Positions 1 through 9,123 of a stretch of 56,348 nucleotides of DNA are shown here, in pieces. Both the position numbers and the translations under genes were made by a program. Within the stretch, counting starts at the first letter, position 1; each line of letters begins with the position of its first letter. Source of the DNA: Ruminococcus sp. UBA3855. Its GTDB lineage: Bacteria > Bacillota > Clostridia > Oscillospirales > Ruminococcaceae. Under the pieces are notes generated by a model. It was not told the DNA's origin. It was given only the letters and a program-made list of their open reading frames with translations, and ran no database searches. The stretch lies in NCBI GenBank assembly GCA_002392545.1, contig DGHF01000136.1, forward strand, positions 7,932-64,279. The letters run 5' to 3'.

Positions 1-91
1 CTACAGGCGGGGGAGGATGTCACTCTACTGCTATTTTTCATTTTGTGAAATTTGTTTCTCTTGTTAGCTGATAATCCATTATTTATGATAT

Positions 92-145
92 AAAATACAA
101 TTTTCCGCCTGCATTCAGATGAACATAGACGGAAAATTGTATTTT
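92..145 (-). terminator. Candidate intrinsic terminator downstream of glgX
   Basis: Perfect 16-bp inverted repeat AAAATACAATTTTCCG (92-107) / CGGAAAATTGTATTTT (130-145). The 22-nt loop and weak U-tract lower confidence. Confidence 0.4.
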
Positions 146-161
146 AATCTTTTCGCTGAAA

Positions 162-2246
162 TCAGCGTTTTTTCATGGTCAGGATGGCTACAGTTCTCGG
201 AGGAATGAAAATTGTATTTCCGTTTCGTTTTATCATTGCATTGCAGTCCCATCCAGATACATACGGAACATTCGTGAAAAATTCCAGATTCCAAAATGTA
301 TCATTCGGAATATCCGGCAATTGCATGGGCTGTTGTTCCCAATGGGCATTGATTCCCAAAAATACAAGGTCGTCTTCGTCGTCCTCGTTCCGCCCTGCGA
401 ACATCACCCCGACTACGTGAGTATCGTCACGGAATTCCTGATTGTTCGGAAAAGAATTATGAATGCTCATACATGGATAACCTAAACTGCAAACAGACGT
501 ATTTTTCCGCAAAATAGGATGCTTTTTCCGAAATGCAATCAAATTTTTCACAAAGTCGAACACTTCATGAAACTGTTTCAGTCTCGACCAGTCCAACCAT
601 GAAATAATATTATCCTGACAGTAGGCATTATTATTCCCGAATTGTGTATTACAGAATTCATCTCCAGCCGGAAACATTGCAGCTCCCCGACTACAAAGCA
701 ATACTGCAAAGGCATTCTTTATCATCCGGATTCGAAGCCCCATCACTTCAGGGTCGGAAGTATCGCCCTCTATACCACAATTCCAGCTTGTGGGGCTGTT
801 GTCGCCATCGGTATTATTCCAGCCGTTGCCCTCGTTGTGCTTCTGATTGTAGGAATAAAGGTCATACAGCGTGAATCCGTCATGACAGGTGATGAAATTC
901 ACTGATGCATTATATCCACGGTATTCCGGCGGGTAAATGTCAGGTGAACCCATAATTCTTTGCACGGCATGATATGCCTTTCCGTTGTCGCCTTTCAGGA
1001 AACAACGCATATCATCACGATATTTTCCGTTCCATTCCGCCCATCTGTGCCAAGAGGGAAAACTCCCCACCTGATACAAACCGCCTGCATCCCAAGCCTC
1101 TGCAATCAGCTTGACTTTGCTCAAAATAGGGTCATATGCCAGATTTTTGAGCAAGGGCGCATTTTCCAACGGGCTGCCGTCCTCACTCCGTCCAAGAATG
1201 GATGCCAAATCAAACCGAAAACCGTCCACACGGTACTCTATTACCCAATGTCGCAGACAATCCAGAATGAATTGTTGCACAACCGGATGATTGCAGTTAA
1301 ACGTATTTCCGCATCCGCTGAAATTGAAATAATGTCCGTCCGGAGTCAGCATATAGTACACATTGTTGTCAAGCCCCTTGAAACAGAATGCAGGCCCATT
1401 TTCGTCCCCTTCTACCGTGTGATTGAATACCACGTCCAGAAAGACCAGAATTCCATTTTCATTCAGTGCCTTGATGAGCGTTTTCAATTCGTCCCCCTCG
1501 TGATTGTATTCCACCTGTGAAGTATAACTGGTATTGGGAGCGAAAAAACAAGTGGTATTGTATCCCCAATAATTCAGGAGTTGCTTTCCGTCCACTTCCC
1601 TTGCGCCGTCCATTTCGTCAAATTCAAAGACTGGCATCAGCTCCACGGCATTCACGCCAAGTTCTTTCAGGTATTCAATTTTTTCAATAATTCCTGCAAA
1701 TGTTCCTTTGTGGGTGACGTTGGAAGAAGAATCCTTCGTGAATCCCCTGACGTGCATTTCATAGATAATCAGGTCAGATAATGGAATATCCTGCTCCGGA
1801 TGTTCGCCCCAGTCAAAAAGCCCTGAACAGACTCTGCCATGATAAATGCCGTAATCTCTTGTTTTTTCTCCCCAGACACTTTGACCTGTCACGGCTCTTG
1901 CGTAGGGGTCTAGGACATTTCGGTTTTTATCGAAAATCAAGCCTTTTTCAGGGTTGTATTCTCCGTCGAAACGATAACAGTATTCAAAATCGTAAATATC
2001 AATTCCGAAAATCATAATTGACCACGTATCCCCGATTTTGTAACGGTTCGGAATGTCAATCACGGCGAAAGGCTCTCGCTCTTTCCGGTGAAACAGCACC
2101 ACCGAACAGGAAGTCGCATTGGCGGAATGAATCGTGAAATTGACCGCTTCCCCGACTGGTGTTGCACCATTCAGAAGATATAACCCCGGACGTACCGGAA
2201 ACCGACAGACCATTTCAATCGGGCTGTATTCATTATGTGGCATCAT
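162..2246 (-). CDS. glgX: Glycogen debranching enzyme / isoamylase-type GH13 (GlgX-like)
   Basis: 694-aa ORF with GH13 conserved regions DVVFNHT, GFRFDLASIL, EAWD and FITCHDGFT, plus an N-terminal beta-rich (CBM48-like) segment. Confidence 0.85.
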   Translation of the reverse strand: MMPHNEYSPIEMVCRFPVRPGLYLLNGATPVGEAVNFTIHSANATSCSVVLFHRKEREPFAVIDIPNRYKIGDTWSIMIFGIDIYDFEYCYRFDGEYNPEKGLIFDKNRNVLDPYARAVTGQSVWGEKTRDYGIYHGRVCSGLFDWGEHPEQDIPLSDLIIYEMHVRGFTKDSSSNVTHKGTFAGIIEKIEYLKELGVNAVELMPVFEFDEMDGAREVDGKQLLNYWGYNTTCFFAPNTSYTSQVEYNHEGDELKTLIKALNENGILVFLDVVFNHTVEGDENGPAFCFKGLDNNVYYMLTPDGHYFNFSGCGNTFNCNHPVVQQFILDCLRHWVIEYRVDGFRFDLASILGRSEDGSPLENAPLLKNLAYDPILSKVKLIAEAWDAGGLYQVGSFPSWHRWAEWNGKYRDDMRCFLKGDNGKAYHAVQRIMGSPDIYPPEYRGYNASVNFITCHDGFTLYDLYSYNQKHNEGNGWNNTDGDNSPTSWNCGIEGDTSDPEVMGLRIRMIKNAFAVLLCSRGAAMFPAGDEFCNTQFGNNNAYCQDNIISWLDWSRLKQFHEVFDFVKNLIAFRKKHPILRKNTSVCSLGYPCMSIHNSFPNNQEFRDDTHVVGVMFAGRNEDDEDDLVFLGINAHWEQQPMQLPDIPNDTFWNLEFFTNVPYVSGWDCNAMIKRNGNTIFIPPRTVAILTMKKR

Positions 2247-2292
2247 TGGCTTTCACCCTTTCAGATTATGATAATTTTGGTTGATATAAAGA

Positions 2293-2326
2293 AAAGCACT
2301 GACCGATATTCTCTAACCAGTGCTTT
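2293..2326 (-). terminator. Intrinsic terminator after pta
   Basis: 9-bp stem AAAGCACTG / CAGTGCTTT, followed on the minus strand by TTTTCTTTAT. Confidence 0.6.
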
Positions 2327-2349
2327 CCATCAAATCCAGAAAATTCTAA

Positions 2350-3366
2350 TTATGCCATGCCAGCTGTGATAATTGCCATTGCATAAACTTCGTCCGCATT
2401 GCATCCACGTGACAAATCATTGATAGGTGCATTCAGACCCTGCAAAATAGGACCATACGCAGCAAAACCGCCTAATCTCTGTGCAATCTTGTAACCGATG
2501 TTTCCGGCTTCAATGCACGGGAAAATGAAAGTATTTGCCTGTCCTGCAACCTTGGAATCCGGACACTTTGTTTTTGCAACTTCCGCAGAAACAGCTGCAT
2601 CAAACTGGAATTCACCGTCAACTGTTAATTCAGGGTCAATTTTTCTTGCTTCGATAACTGCATCATGGCTCAGCTGAACGGTTGCGCCCTTGCCTGAACC
2701 GTATGTGGAAAAGCTCAATACTGCAACCTTGGGGTCAATGCCGAAGAAATTAGCGGTTCTTGCAGTTTCTACTGCAACCTCTGCGAGTTTCTGCGCACCT
2801 GTCTGCACTACATTGCCCTCTTTGTCCAGCTTGTCGGGGTAATCAATATTGATAGCACAGTCACCCATTGCAAGCTTTTCCTCTACGCCGTTAACCTCAC
2901 GGAACAGAATAAAGCTCGAACTTACCAGAGTTGAACCCTTTTTTGTCTTGATAATCTGCAAAGCAGGTCTGACAGTATCTGCTGTGGAATAAGTTGCACC
3001 GCCCAGCAATGCATCAGCCTTGCCCATCTTAACCAGCATTGTGCCGAAATAATTGGACTTCTGCAAAGCAGTACGGCATTCGTCTTCGGTCATTTTGCCC
3101 TTACGCAGTTCAGCCATCTTTGCAACCATCTCATCCATTTCCGCATAGGTTGTGGGGTCGAGAACAGTTGCTGCTTCTACGTTAAAATTGCCAGCCTTTG
3201 CAGCTTCCTGAACTTCCGCAGGATTTCCGCAGAGAATCACATTCATAATGTCCTCTTTGAGCAGACGTTCTGTAGCGGACAGAATACGAGCATCTGTGCC
3301 CTCAGTAAATACGATTGTTTTTCTGCTTGCTTTGAGATTATCAAGCAGTTTGTCAAACATAGCCAT
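2350..3366 (-). CDS. pta: Phosphate acetyltransferase
   Basis: 338-aa ORF. N-terminal KTIVFTEGTDARIL and C-terminal GPILQGLNAPINDLSRGC match the phosphate acetyl/butyryl-transferase family. AGGAGG RBS lies 9 nt upstream. Confidence 0.9.
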   Translation of the reverse strand: MAMFDKLLDNLKASRKTIVFTEGTDARILSATERLLKEDIMNVILCGNPAEVQEAAKAGNFNVEAATVLDPTTYAEMDEMVAKMAELRKGKMTEDECRTALQKSNYFGTMLVKMGKADALLGGATYSTADTVRPALQIIKTKKGSTLVSSSFILFREVNGVEEKLAMGDCAINIDYPDKLDKEGNVVQTGAQKLAEVAVETARTANFFGIDPKVAVLSFSTYGSGKGATVQLSHDAVIEARKIDPELTVDGEFQFDAAVSAEVAKTKCPDSKVAGQANTFIFPCIEAGNIGYKIAQRLGGFAAYGPILQGLNAPINDLSRGCNADEVYAMAIITAGMA

Positions 3367-3711
3367 TTTTAACAGCCTCCTAATATTAAGATTCTATTAT
3401 TTATTATATCACACTTTTTCACAAATTGCAATAGTTTATTTGGAAAAAATTGTGTTAATTCTATGATATTGTTGTTGTTCACTAAATATTCATAAAAAAT
3501 ACAATATTTATTCATAATTCTATGGTATTATAAGAGCATGAAAAGCTTTTCGGTATTCGGAAAAATGAATTTCCAATCAATTTGATATCTGGACAATGGT
3601 GTTCTATATGGCGTATGTGCCGTATGGGACATTTTTCATTTATTGGGGACAATGACGTAACTATATGAATGAAAAAGCCATATTTTCAGGAAAATATAAG
3701 GAGATGTTACT

Positions 3712-4956
3712 ATGGATACAGGAAGCACGGCTTTTGTTCTTCTCTGTTCGGGACTGGTATTTTTTATGACACCGGCATTATCGCTCTTTTACGGCGGACT
3801 GGTACGGAGAAAAAACGTTATCAATACAATGTTTGCATCAACATTCACCATCGGCACAGGAATTGTCATGTGGGTACTGTTTGGGTATTCGCTTTCATTC
3901 GGCACAGACCATGCCGGAATTATCGGCGGTCTGGAATGGTTCGGCTTGAATGGTGTTTCCCTGACTGAACCCTACAGAGAGGGCGGAGCGATTTCAAATA
4001 TGGTCTTCTGTATTTTTCAGATGATGTTTGCCGTCATTACCCCTGCATTGATTACAGGTTCAGTGGCTGGAAGAATGCGTTTCCGTTCCCTGTTCACATT
4101 CATTATTTTCTGGACATTGATTGTTTATTATCCGATGGCGCATATGGTATGGGCGAAAGGTGGTTTTCTGGATGCAATTGGTTCATTGGACTTTGCAGGC
4201 GGAAACGTGGTGCATATCACATCCGGAATCAGTGCATTGCTGCTCTGTATCATTTTAAAGCCTCGCTGTGACATGGGTCAGGCAAACTATCGAGTACACA
4301 ACATTCCTATGGTTGCACTTGGCGCATTCATTCTGGTGTTTGGCTGGTTCGGATTCAATGCCGGTTCTGCATTAGCCGCTGACGGTCTCGCCGCTCATGC
4401 ATTTATTACAACAGCGGTTTCCTCTGCTTCTGCAATGCTTTCTTGGATGCTCTGTGATGTAATTGCCAATAAAAAGCCCACTTTTGTGGGAGCTACTACC
4501 GGATTGGTTGCCGGACTGGTCGGCATTACCCCCGGGGCTGGATTTGTACCTGTATGGGCTGCAATTGTCATTGGTCTGACAACTTCCCCAATTTGTTTCC
4601 TGATGATTTCCAAAGCAAAAGAGAAATTCGGTTATGATGATGCGCTGGATGCTTTCGGCTGTCATGGTATCGGCGGAATCTGGGGCGGTATCTGCACCGG
4701 ACTTTTCACACAGACTTCTATCAACTCCGCCGCAAGATGGAACGGCTTATTCTTTGGAGATACACAGTTATTCCTTGTACAGCTCCTGAGCATTGTCATC
4801 AGTATTGCGGTTGCTATCGTGGGTACATTGATTTGCTACGGCTTGACAAAGCTCCTGACTGGTGATATTCGTGTCAGCGTGACAGAGGAACGCCTTGGAC
4901 TTGACCGCACACAGCACAGTGAATCTGCATATCCGTCCTTCAATGGTCTGGATTGA
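3712..4956 (+). CDS. amt: Ammonium transporter (Amt family)
   Basis: 414 aa, multi-TM. Amt signatures DFAGGNVVHITSG and DDALDAFGCHGIGGIWGG. AAGGAG RBS. Confidence 0.9.
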   Translation: MDTGSTAFVLLCSGLVFFMTPALSLFYGGLVRRKNVINTMFASTFTIGTGIVMWVLFGYSLSFGTDHAGIIGGLEWFGLNGVSLTEPYREGGAISNMVFCIFQMMFAVITPALITGSVAGRMRFRSLFTFIIFWTLIVYYPMAHMVWAKGGFLDAIGSLDFAGGNVVHITSGISALLLCIILKPRCDMGQANYRVHNIPMVALGAFILVFGWFGFNAGSALAADGLAAHAFITTAVSSASAMLSWMLCDVIANKKPTFVGATTGLVAGLVGITPGAGFVPVWAAIVIGLTTSPICFLMISKAKEKFGYDDALDAFGCHGIGGIWGGICTGLFTQTSINSAARWNGLFFGDTQLFLVQLLSIVISIAVAIVGTLICYGLTKLLTGDIRVSVTEERLGLDRTQHSESAYPSFNGLD

Positions 4957-4974
4957 TGAAAGGAGCGTTTTCAA

Positions 4975-5361
4975 ATGATTATCAAAATCGAAGCTTATAT
5001 CCGTGAAGAAAAAATGGATGATGTTCTTGATGCACTGGCGAAAATGAACGTTCATGGTATTACCTGTTATCAGGTCATGGGGTGCGGTGCTCAGCACGGC
5101 ATTAAAAAATATGTCCGTGGAAATCAAAATATTCCTGTAAATATGCTCCCGAAAATCAAGATTGAAGTCGTGGTGAGTACTGAAGAATGGGAAGATAAAG
5201 TCATGGAATGTATTCGCAGTTCCGCTTTCACCGGACACCACGGAGACGGTAAAATTTTCAGCTACGAGGTGCGGAATGCTCTCAGAATCCGAACAGGCGA
5301 AACAGGCGAACAGGCGGTTTATTCAAACTCCTCCCTCAACCCCGCCCCCCCAAAAAATTGA
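4975..5361 (+). CDS. glnK: Nitrogen regulatory protein P-II (GlnK-type, amt-linked)
   Basis: 128 aa, 18 nt after amt. P-II pattern: KIEAYIR start, T-loop GCGAQHG..Y.RG, and DGKIFSYEV..ALRIRTGE. It carries a roughly 16-aa C-terminal extension relative to canonical 112-aa P-II. Confidence 0.8.
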   Translation: MIIKIEAYIREEKMDDVLDALAKMNVHGITCYQVMGCGAQHGIKKYVRGNQNIPVNMLPKIKIEVVVSTEEWEDKVMECIRSSAFTGHHGDGKIFSYEVRNALRIRTGETGEQAVYSNSSLNPAPPKN

Positions 5362-5475
5362 TTCTCCTCCTCACTTTTACAGACGGTCGGACTTTTTGTC
5401 CGGCTGTCTTTTTGCGTGAAACTATTGACAGAGATAATTAAAAATGATATAATAGAAAAAGAATTTGAAAGGGGG

Positions 5476-6633
5476 ATGGCAATGGCAAAAAATGTATGGG
5501 GATACTGGGATTGTCCTTTCTGCTGTGCAAAAACCATTCGTGGCGATAAGACAGAATGTCCGCACTGCGGACATGCAAGAGGTCAGAATGTCCGCTTCTA
5601 TATGCGTGAAGGCGTTCTGGAATACGTCCCTCCCGAAGATACCAATAAAAAACAGAATTGGGTATGCTCTTTCTGTGACAATCAGAACGCTTGGGAATTA
5701 ACACAATGTGCCTACTGTGGCGCAAGACGTGACGAGGCGGAAACGACTTATTTCGGCGGAAATGTCCAGCATGGCGAATATGGGCAGGATGTTGCACAAA
5801 ATGAACCCCCTCCCCCTCCGCCTGATGTTCCTGAAACTCCTGTCACTGATTCGCCGGAAATCTCAGAAACACCTGTCATGGATTCAGAAGAAATCCCCGA
5901 AACTCCGGTTATTCGTCCGGTAACAACCCATTACAAGCCTTCTTTGTGGGAAAAATTGAAACTGCCTGTGATTTTGTCCTGTCTCCTGATGATTCTGTTA
6001 TGGATATTCATTCCGGTTACAAGGAGCATCAAGGTTTCAAGCGTTTCATGGAACAGAGAAATTCAGATTGAAAAATATACTACTGTTACAGAAAGTAACT
6101 GGTCAATTCCCTCCGGCGGACGGTTGAAATATACTCGTCAGGAAGTTCACCACACGGAAAAAGTCATTGACCACTACGAGAAAAAACCATATCAAGTTTA
6201 TGACCATGACGAAATTACCCATAAATACAAAGACTTGGGAAATGGTCAGTTTGAAGAAGTCGAAGTCAAAAAACCTGTTTACAGAACAAAATACCGTGAT
6301 GAGCCTGTTTACCGAAATAAACCTGTCTATGCTACGAAATATTATTACGAAATTGAACGATGGAAATATGACCACTCTCTGAACAGCTCCGGAACAGATA
6401 AATTACCCTACTGGGCGGAAATTCCCAAACTCCAGAACAACGGAAAAGCTGGAAGCGAACGTGAAAGCAAACGTCTGGAGCATTATTACATATATGGCAA
6501 ATATAACGGAAAAATCAAAGAATATGAGCTTTCCTATGATAAATGGAGCAATATCGAAATCGGGCAGGATATCAAATTCAAAACATTACGCTTCGGAAGT
6601 AAAGTCATCGGGGATATTGAGTTATTAGAATAG
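5476..6633 (+). CDS. Zinc-ribbon membrane protein of unknown function
   Basis: 385 aa from ATG 5476, which has an AAAGGGGG RBS; the GTG 5416 extension has none. Two CxxC..CxxC units (CPFC..CPHC and CSFC..CAYC), Pro-rich ETPV repeats, one TM helix (LPVILSCLLMILLWIFIPV) and a K/Y/E-rich C-terminal domain. Confidence 0.6.
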   Translation: MAMAKNVWGYWDCPFCCAKTIRGDKTECPHCGHARGQNVRFYMREGVLEYVPPEDTNKKQNWVCSFCDNQNAWELTQCAYCGARRDEAETTYFGGNVQHGEYGQDVAQNEPPPPPPDVPETPVTDSPEISETPVMDSEEIPETPVIRPVTTHYKPSLWEKLKLPVILSCLLMILLWIFIPVTRSIKVSSVSWNREIQIEKYTTVTESNWSIPSGGRLKYTRQEVHHTEKVIDHYEKKPYQVYDHDEITHKYKDLGNGQFEEVEVKKPVYRTKYRDEPVYRNKPVYATKYYYEIERWKYDHSLNSSGTDKLPYWAEIPKLQNNGKAGSERESKRLEHYYIYGKYNGKIKEYELSYDKWSNIEIGQDIKFKTLRFGSKVIGDIELLE

Positions 6634-6654
6634 AATTATCTACAAATAGTAAAA

Positions 6655-6690
6655 AAGGACGGCTGGTTTTTTAGCCAGTTGTCCTTTTTG
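6655..6690 (+). terminator. Intrinsic terminator
   Basis: 12-bp stem AAGGACGGCTGG / CCAGTTGTCCTT (two G-U pairs), 8-nt loop, then TTTTTGTATTTTT. Confidence 0.7.
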
Positions 6691-6819
6691 TATTTTTCAT
6701 GAACAAAATTGATATATTTTACTTTTTCACTGCAATGCCTTATTTTTACGGGAATGTCATTTTCATGTAGGCGAACTTAGCTAATTTCAACAAATTGACA
6801 AGCATTATCACAAAACTGC

Positions 6820-6848
6820 TTGACTTTTTTGGCTAAAAGTGATATAAT
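6820..6848 (+). promoter_or_regulatory. Sigma-A-type promoter for the hydrogenase-like gene
   Basis: TTGACT, 17-bp spacer, TATAAT, with a TGn extended -10 (TGATATAAT). Confidence 0.6.
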
Positions 6849-6913
6849 ATAGGTGATGAAAAAAGAGATTTCTAAGTATTTCAGATTACAATAATTAAAG
6901 GAGTGACGTTATT

Positions 6914-8629
6914 ATGCAGATAGTTACTGTAAATGAAAGCAATTGTATTGGATGTAATGCTTGTGTTCGTGTCTGTCCTGTTCATGCCAATGTAACCAGA
7001 CTAAAAGAGGGAACAACAGACGAATTCGTTACTACAATCGATTCCAATGCTTGTATTAACTGCGGTGAATGCGTTAAAGCGTGTATGCACCATGCAAGAG
7101 GCTATAACGACAATATCGACGAATTTACCAAAATGCTGGAAAACAAAGAACCTATGGTGGTGATTGTTGCGCCGGCAGTCCGTACCAGTTTCCCGAACGG
7201 TGCATGGCGTGTCCTGCTTTCTTGGATTCGTGAACACGGAAACTGCAAAATTTATGACGTTGGTTTCGGTGCGGATATTTGCACCTATATGCACAATGAG
7301 TACATGAAGCGGAGCGGTAATTCTAAAAAGATTGTGACACAGCCCTGTCCGGCGGTTGTCAATTATATTCAGAAGTATAAGCCTGAATTGATTTCTTATC
7401 TTTCCCCTGTCATGAGCCCTGCCGGATGTCTTGCAATGTGGCTTAAAAAATATCGTGGTGTCAAAGAACCCATGTTCATGCTCTCCCCCTGCATTGCTAA
7501 AACCAGCGAAGCAGCAAGAGAAAAGGCTTTCGATTACAATGTTACTTTCCGCCATCTCGAAAAGTATGTTATCAAAAAAGGTCTTCATTGGGAACAAAAG
7601 GCACAGTTTGAATTTGACGAACTGGAAGGCGGTATCGGTCGCCTGTATCCTATGCCGGGGGGACTGAAAGAAACTCTGCAAATTCTCAATCAGGATTTAA
7701 TCATCAGAAATGCAGAAGGTCCGCATACTTTATATGACAGGCTCGAACGCTATGCACAGACAGAAGACCGCAAAAAGCCTGATGTTCTGGACGTTCTGAA
7801 CTGCGAATTCGGTTGCAATCAGGGAACTGCTGTTCCGGAAACCGTTGCCAACCTGATGGAAGTGGAAAGTATCATGGATAATATTTCCCTGAGTAATGCA
7901 CGTGAAATGCACGGCGGATTCCTCGGAATTGGTCGTCTGAAACGCTTCAAGGAATTTGACAAGACACTTTCCCTCACGGACTTCATGACAGAGTATCATA
8001 GTGAACGTGTCAGACAGGCTGTCCCGACTGCAAATGATTACCTTGAAATTTTCCACAGTATGCACAAAATGGATGCTTCGGAACAGGCTATTAACTGCGG
8101 TTCATGCGGTTACAAGACTTGTCAGGATATGGCTCATGCGATTTTCTTGGGAATGAACGTCAAGGAAAACTGCATTCATTTCCTCAAGCACAGCCTGAAA
8201 GACAGCTACCGGAAATTGCGTGATGTTTACGGTGCTTGTGTGGCAGAAGTGCAGGAAATCGGCGTTGTCAGCCAGCAGGTACAGGAAAGTCAGAGTGAAA
8301 TTCTTGACGCAAGCACGGACATCAGCGATAAGGCTGTTAAATTAAGCGGAAATATCGCCCGTCTCCAGAAACTTAGTGAGACTTATCTCGAACAATATCA
8401 GGGCAAACAGGTAGAGACTATGACCCTTGAAGACTTCGTGAAAATGCAGAAATTTATTGCTGCTATCAGTACCATGTCTAAGAGTTATTACGACGTTGCA
8501 AAAGAGTTTGAGGAAACTTCCGGCAATATCCAGCATCAAATTCAGTCAATGACCGAATCCGTTACCAATTTGTCAGGCATTTCGGACGGCTTGCAGAATG
8601 TCATGCTGGAAAGCGCAAAGAATGTGTAG
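6914..8629 (+). CDS. [FeFe]-hydrogenase-like putative sensory protein with C-terminal Fe-S motif and coiled coil
   Basis: 571 aa. Two ferredoxin CxxCxxCxxxCP motifs at the N-terminus. H-cluster-like motifs are divergent: TQPCP (vs TSCCP), SPCIAK (vs MPCxxK) and LNCEFGCNQG. Then CGSCGYKTCx16C, followed by a Q/S/E-rich coiled-coil tail. Confidence 0.7.
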   Translation: MQIVTVNESNCIGCNACVRVCPVHANVTRLKEGTTDEFVTTIDSNACINCGECVKACMHHARGYNDNIDEFTKMLENKEPMVVIVAPAVRTSFPNGAWRVLLSWIREHGNCKIYDVGFGADICTYMHNEYMKRSGNSKKIVTQPCPAVVNYIQKYKPELISYLSPVMSPAGCLAMWLKKYRGVKEPMFMLSPCIAKTSEAAREKAFDYNVTFRHLEKYVIKKGLHWEQKAQFEFDELEGGIGRLYPMPGGLKETLQILNQDLIIRNAEGPHTLYDRLERYAQTEDRKKPDVLDVLNCEFGCNQGTAVPETVANLMEVESIMDNISLSNAREMHGGFLGIGRLKRFKEFDKTLSLTDFMTEYHSERVRQAVPTANDYLEIFHSMHKMDASEQAINCGSCGYKTCQDMAHAIFLGMNVKENCIHFLKHSLKDSYRKLRDVYGACVAEVQEIGVVSQQVQESQSEILDASTDISDKAVKLSGNIARLQKLSETYLEQYQGKQVETMTLEDFVKMQKFIAAISTMSKSYYDVAKEFEETSGNIQHQIQSMTESVTNLSGISDGLQNVMLESAKNV

Positions 8630-8639
8630 GTGAGTATTT

Positions 8640-9077
8640 ATGAAAATGTTCGATAGAGGTACAATCGGCTGTGAAATGTGTCGCCGTTTACCAGTTCCGT
8701 CAGAGGAAGATATGCAATGGATGAGAAGCGGTCAGCCCCTTTATTCCCTCGTTGCGGATGCGGTTTCCGCTCCCTCTGAAAGTGAAGCCAATGCACTGGA
8801 AAAGATTGATGTGGATGGTCTTTCTGCGATGGATGCGATGGACAGTGCTATGGACAGCTTGGAAGAATTATTCGGTTTAAGCGAAACCAAAAAGCCGGAA
8901 ACCGTTCCGGTGGATTCTCCGCAGAGTTCTGATTTGCTCCCTGTTGTGGATGATGACCTGAAAACAGATAAAATTTTCTACAAGGATGAAAATAAAATTT
9001 TCATGACCCTCAGTCAGAGAAATGTCGAAGTCATGTTCTGCCCGTTCTGCGGCAGCAATCTGACACAGAAAGCATAA
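8640..9077 (+). CDS. Hypothetical acidic protein with terminal CxxC pairs
   Basis: 145 aa, starting 10 nt after the preceding stop, with an AGGTGAG RBS. CEMC lies near the N-terminus and CPFCG near the C-terminus (a split zinc-ribbon look). The middle is acidic. Confidence 0.5.
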   Translation: MKMFDRGTIGCEMCRRLPVPSEEDMQWMRSGQPLYSLVADAVSAPSESEANALEKIDVDGLSAMDAMDSAMDSLEELFGLSETKKPETVPVDSPQSSDLLPVVDDDLKTDKIFYKDENKIFMTLSQRNVEVMFCPFCGSNLTQKA

Positions 9078-9091
9078 TCAATGACAATCAG

Positions 9092-9121
9092 AAAACCAGC
9101 CCTTTCCGGACTGGTTTTTTT
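9092..9121. terminator. Bidirectional intrinsic terminator
   Basis: Hairpin CCAGCC / GGACTGG with one bulge, flanked by AAAA and TTTTTTT. It sits between convergent genes. Confidence 0.55.
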
Positions 9122-9123
9122 GA

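Noticed and set aside
960-2017. Plus-strand ORFs (186, 66 and 78 aa) within the glgX region. The same applies to antisense ORFs within the hydrogenase-like, PLP-enzyme, accD, fabG, fabD, fabH and suf genes.
   Set aside because: All are shadows opposite well-supported genes. None has an RBS or a recognisable motif.
3367-3711. Search for a GlnR/TnrA-type box (TGTNA-N7-TNACA) or a riboswitch in the 345-bp region upstream of amt
   Set aside because: I could not find a convincing dyad or a conserved structured element by eye. The 99-aa ORF at 3669-3968 is an out-of-frame overlap of amt.
5416-5475. GTG-initiated 20-codon extension of the zinc-ribbon protein
   Set aside because: It has no RBS, whereas ATG 5476 is preceded by AAAGGGGG.
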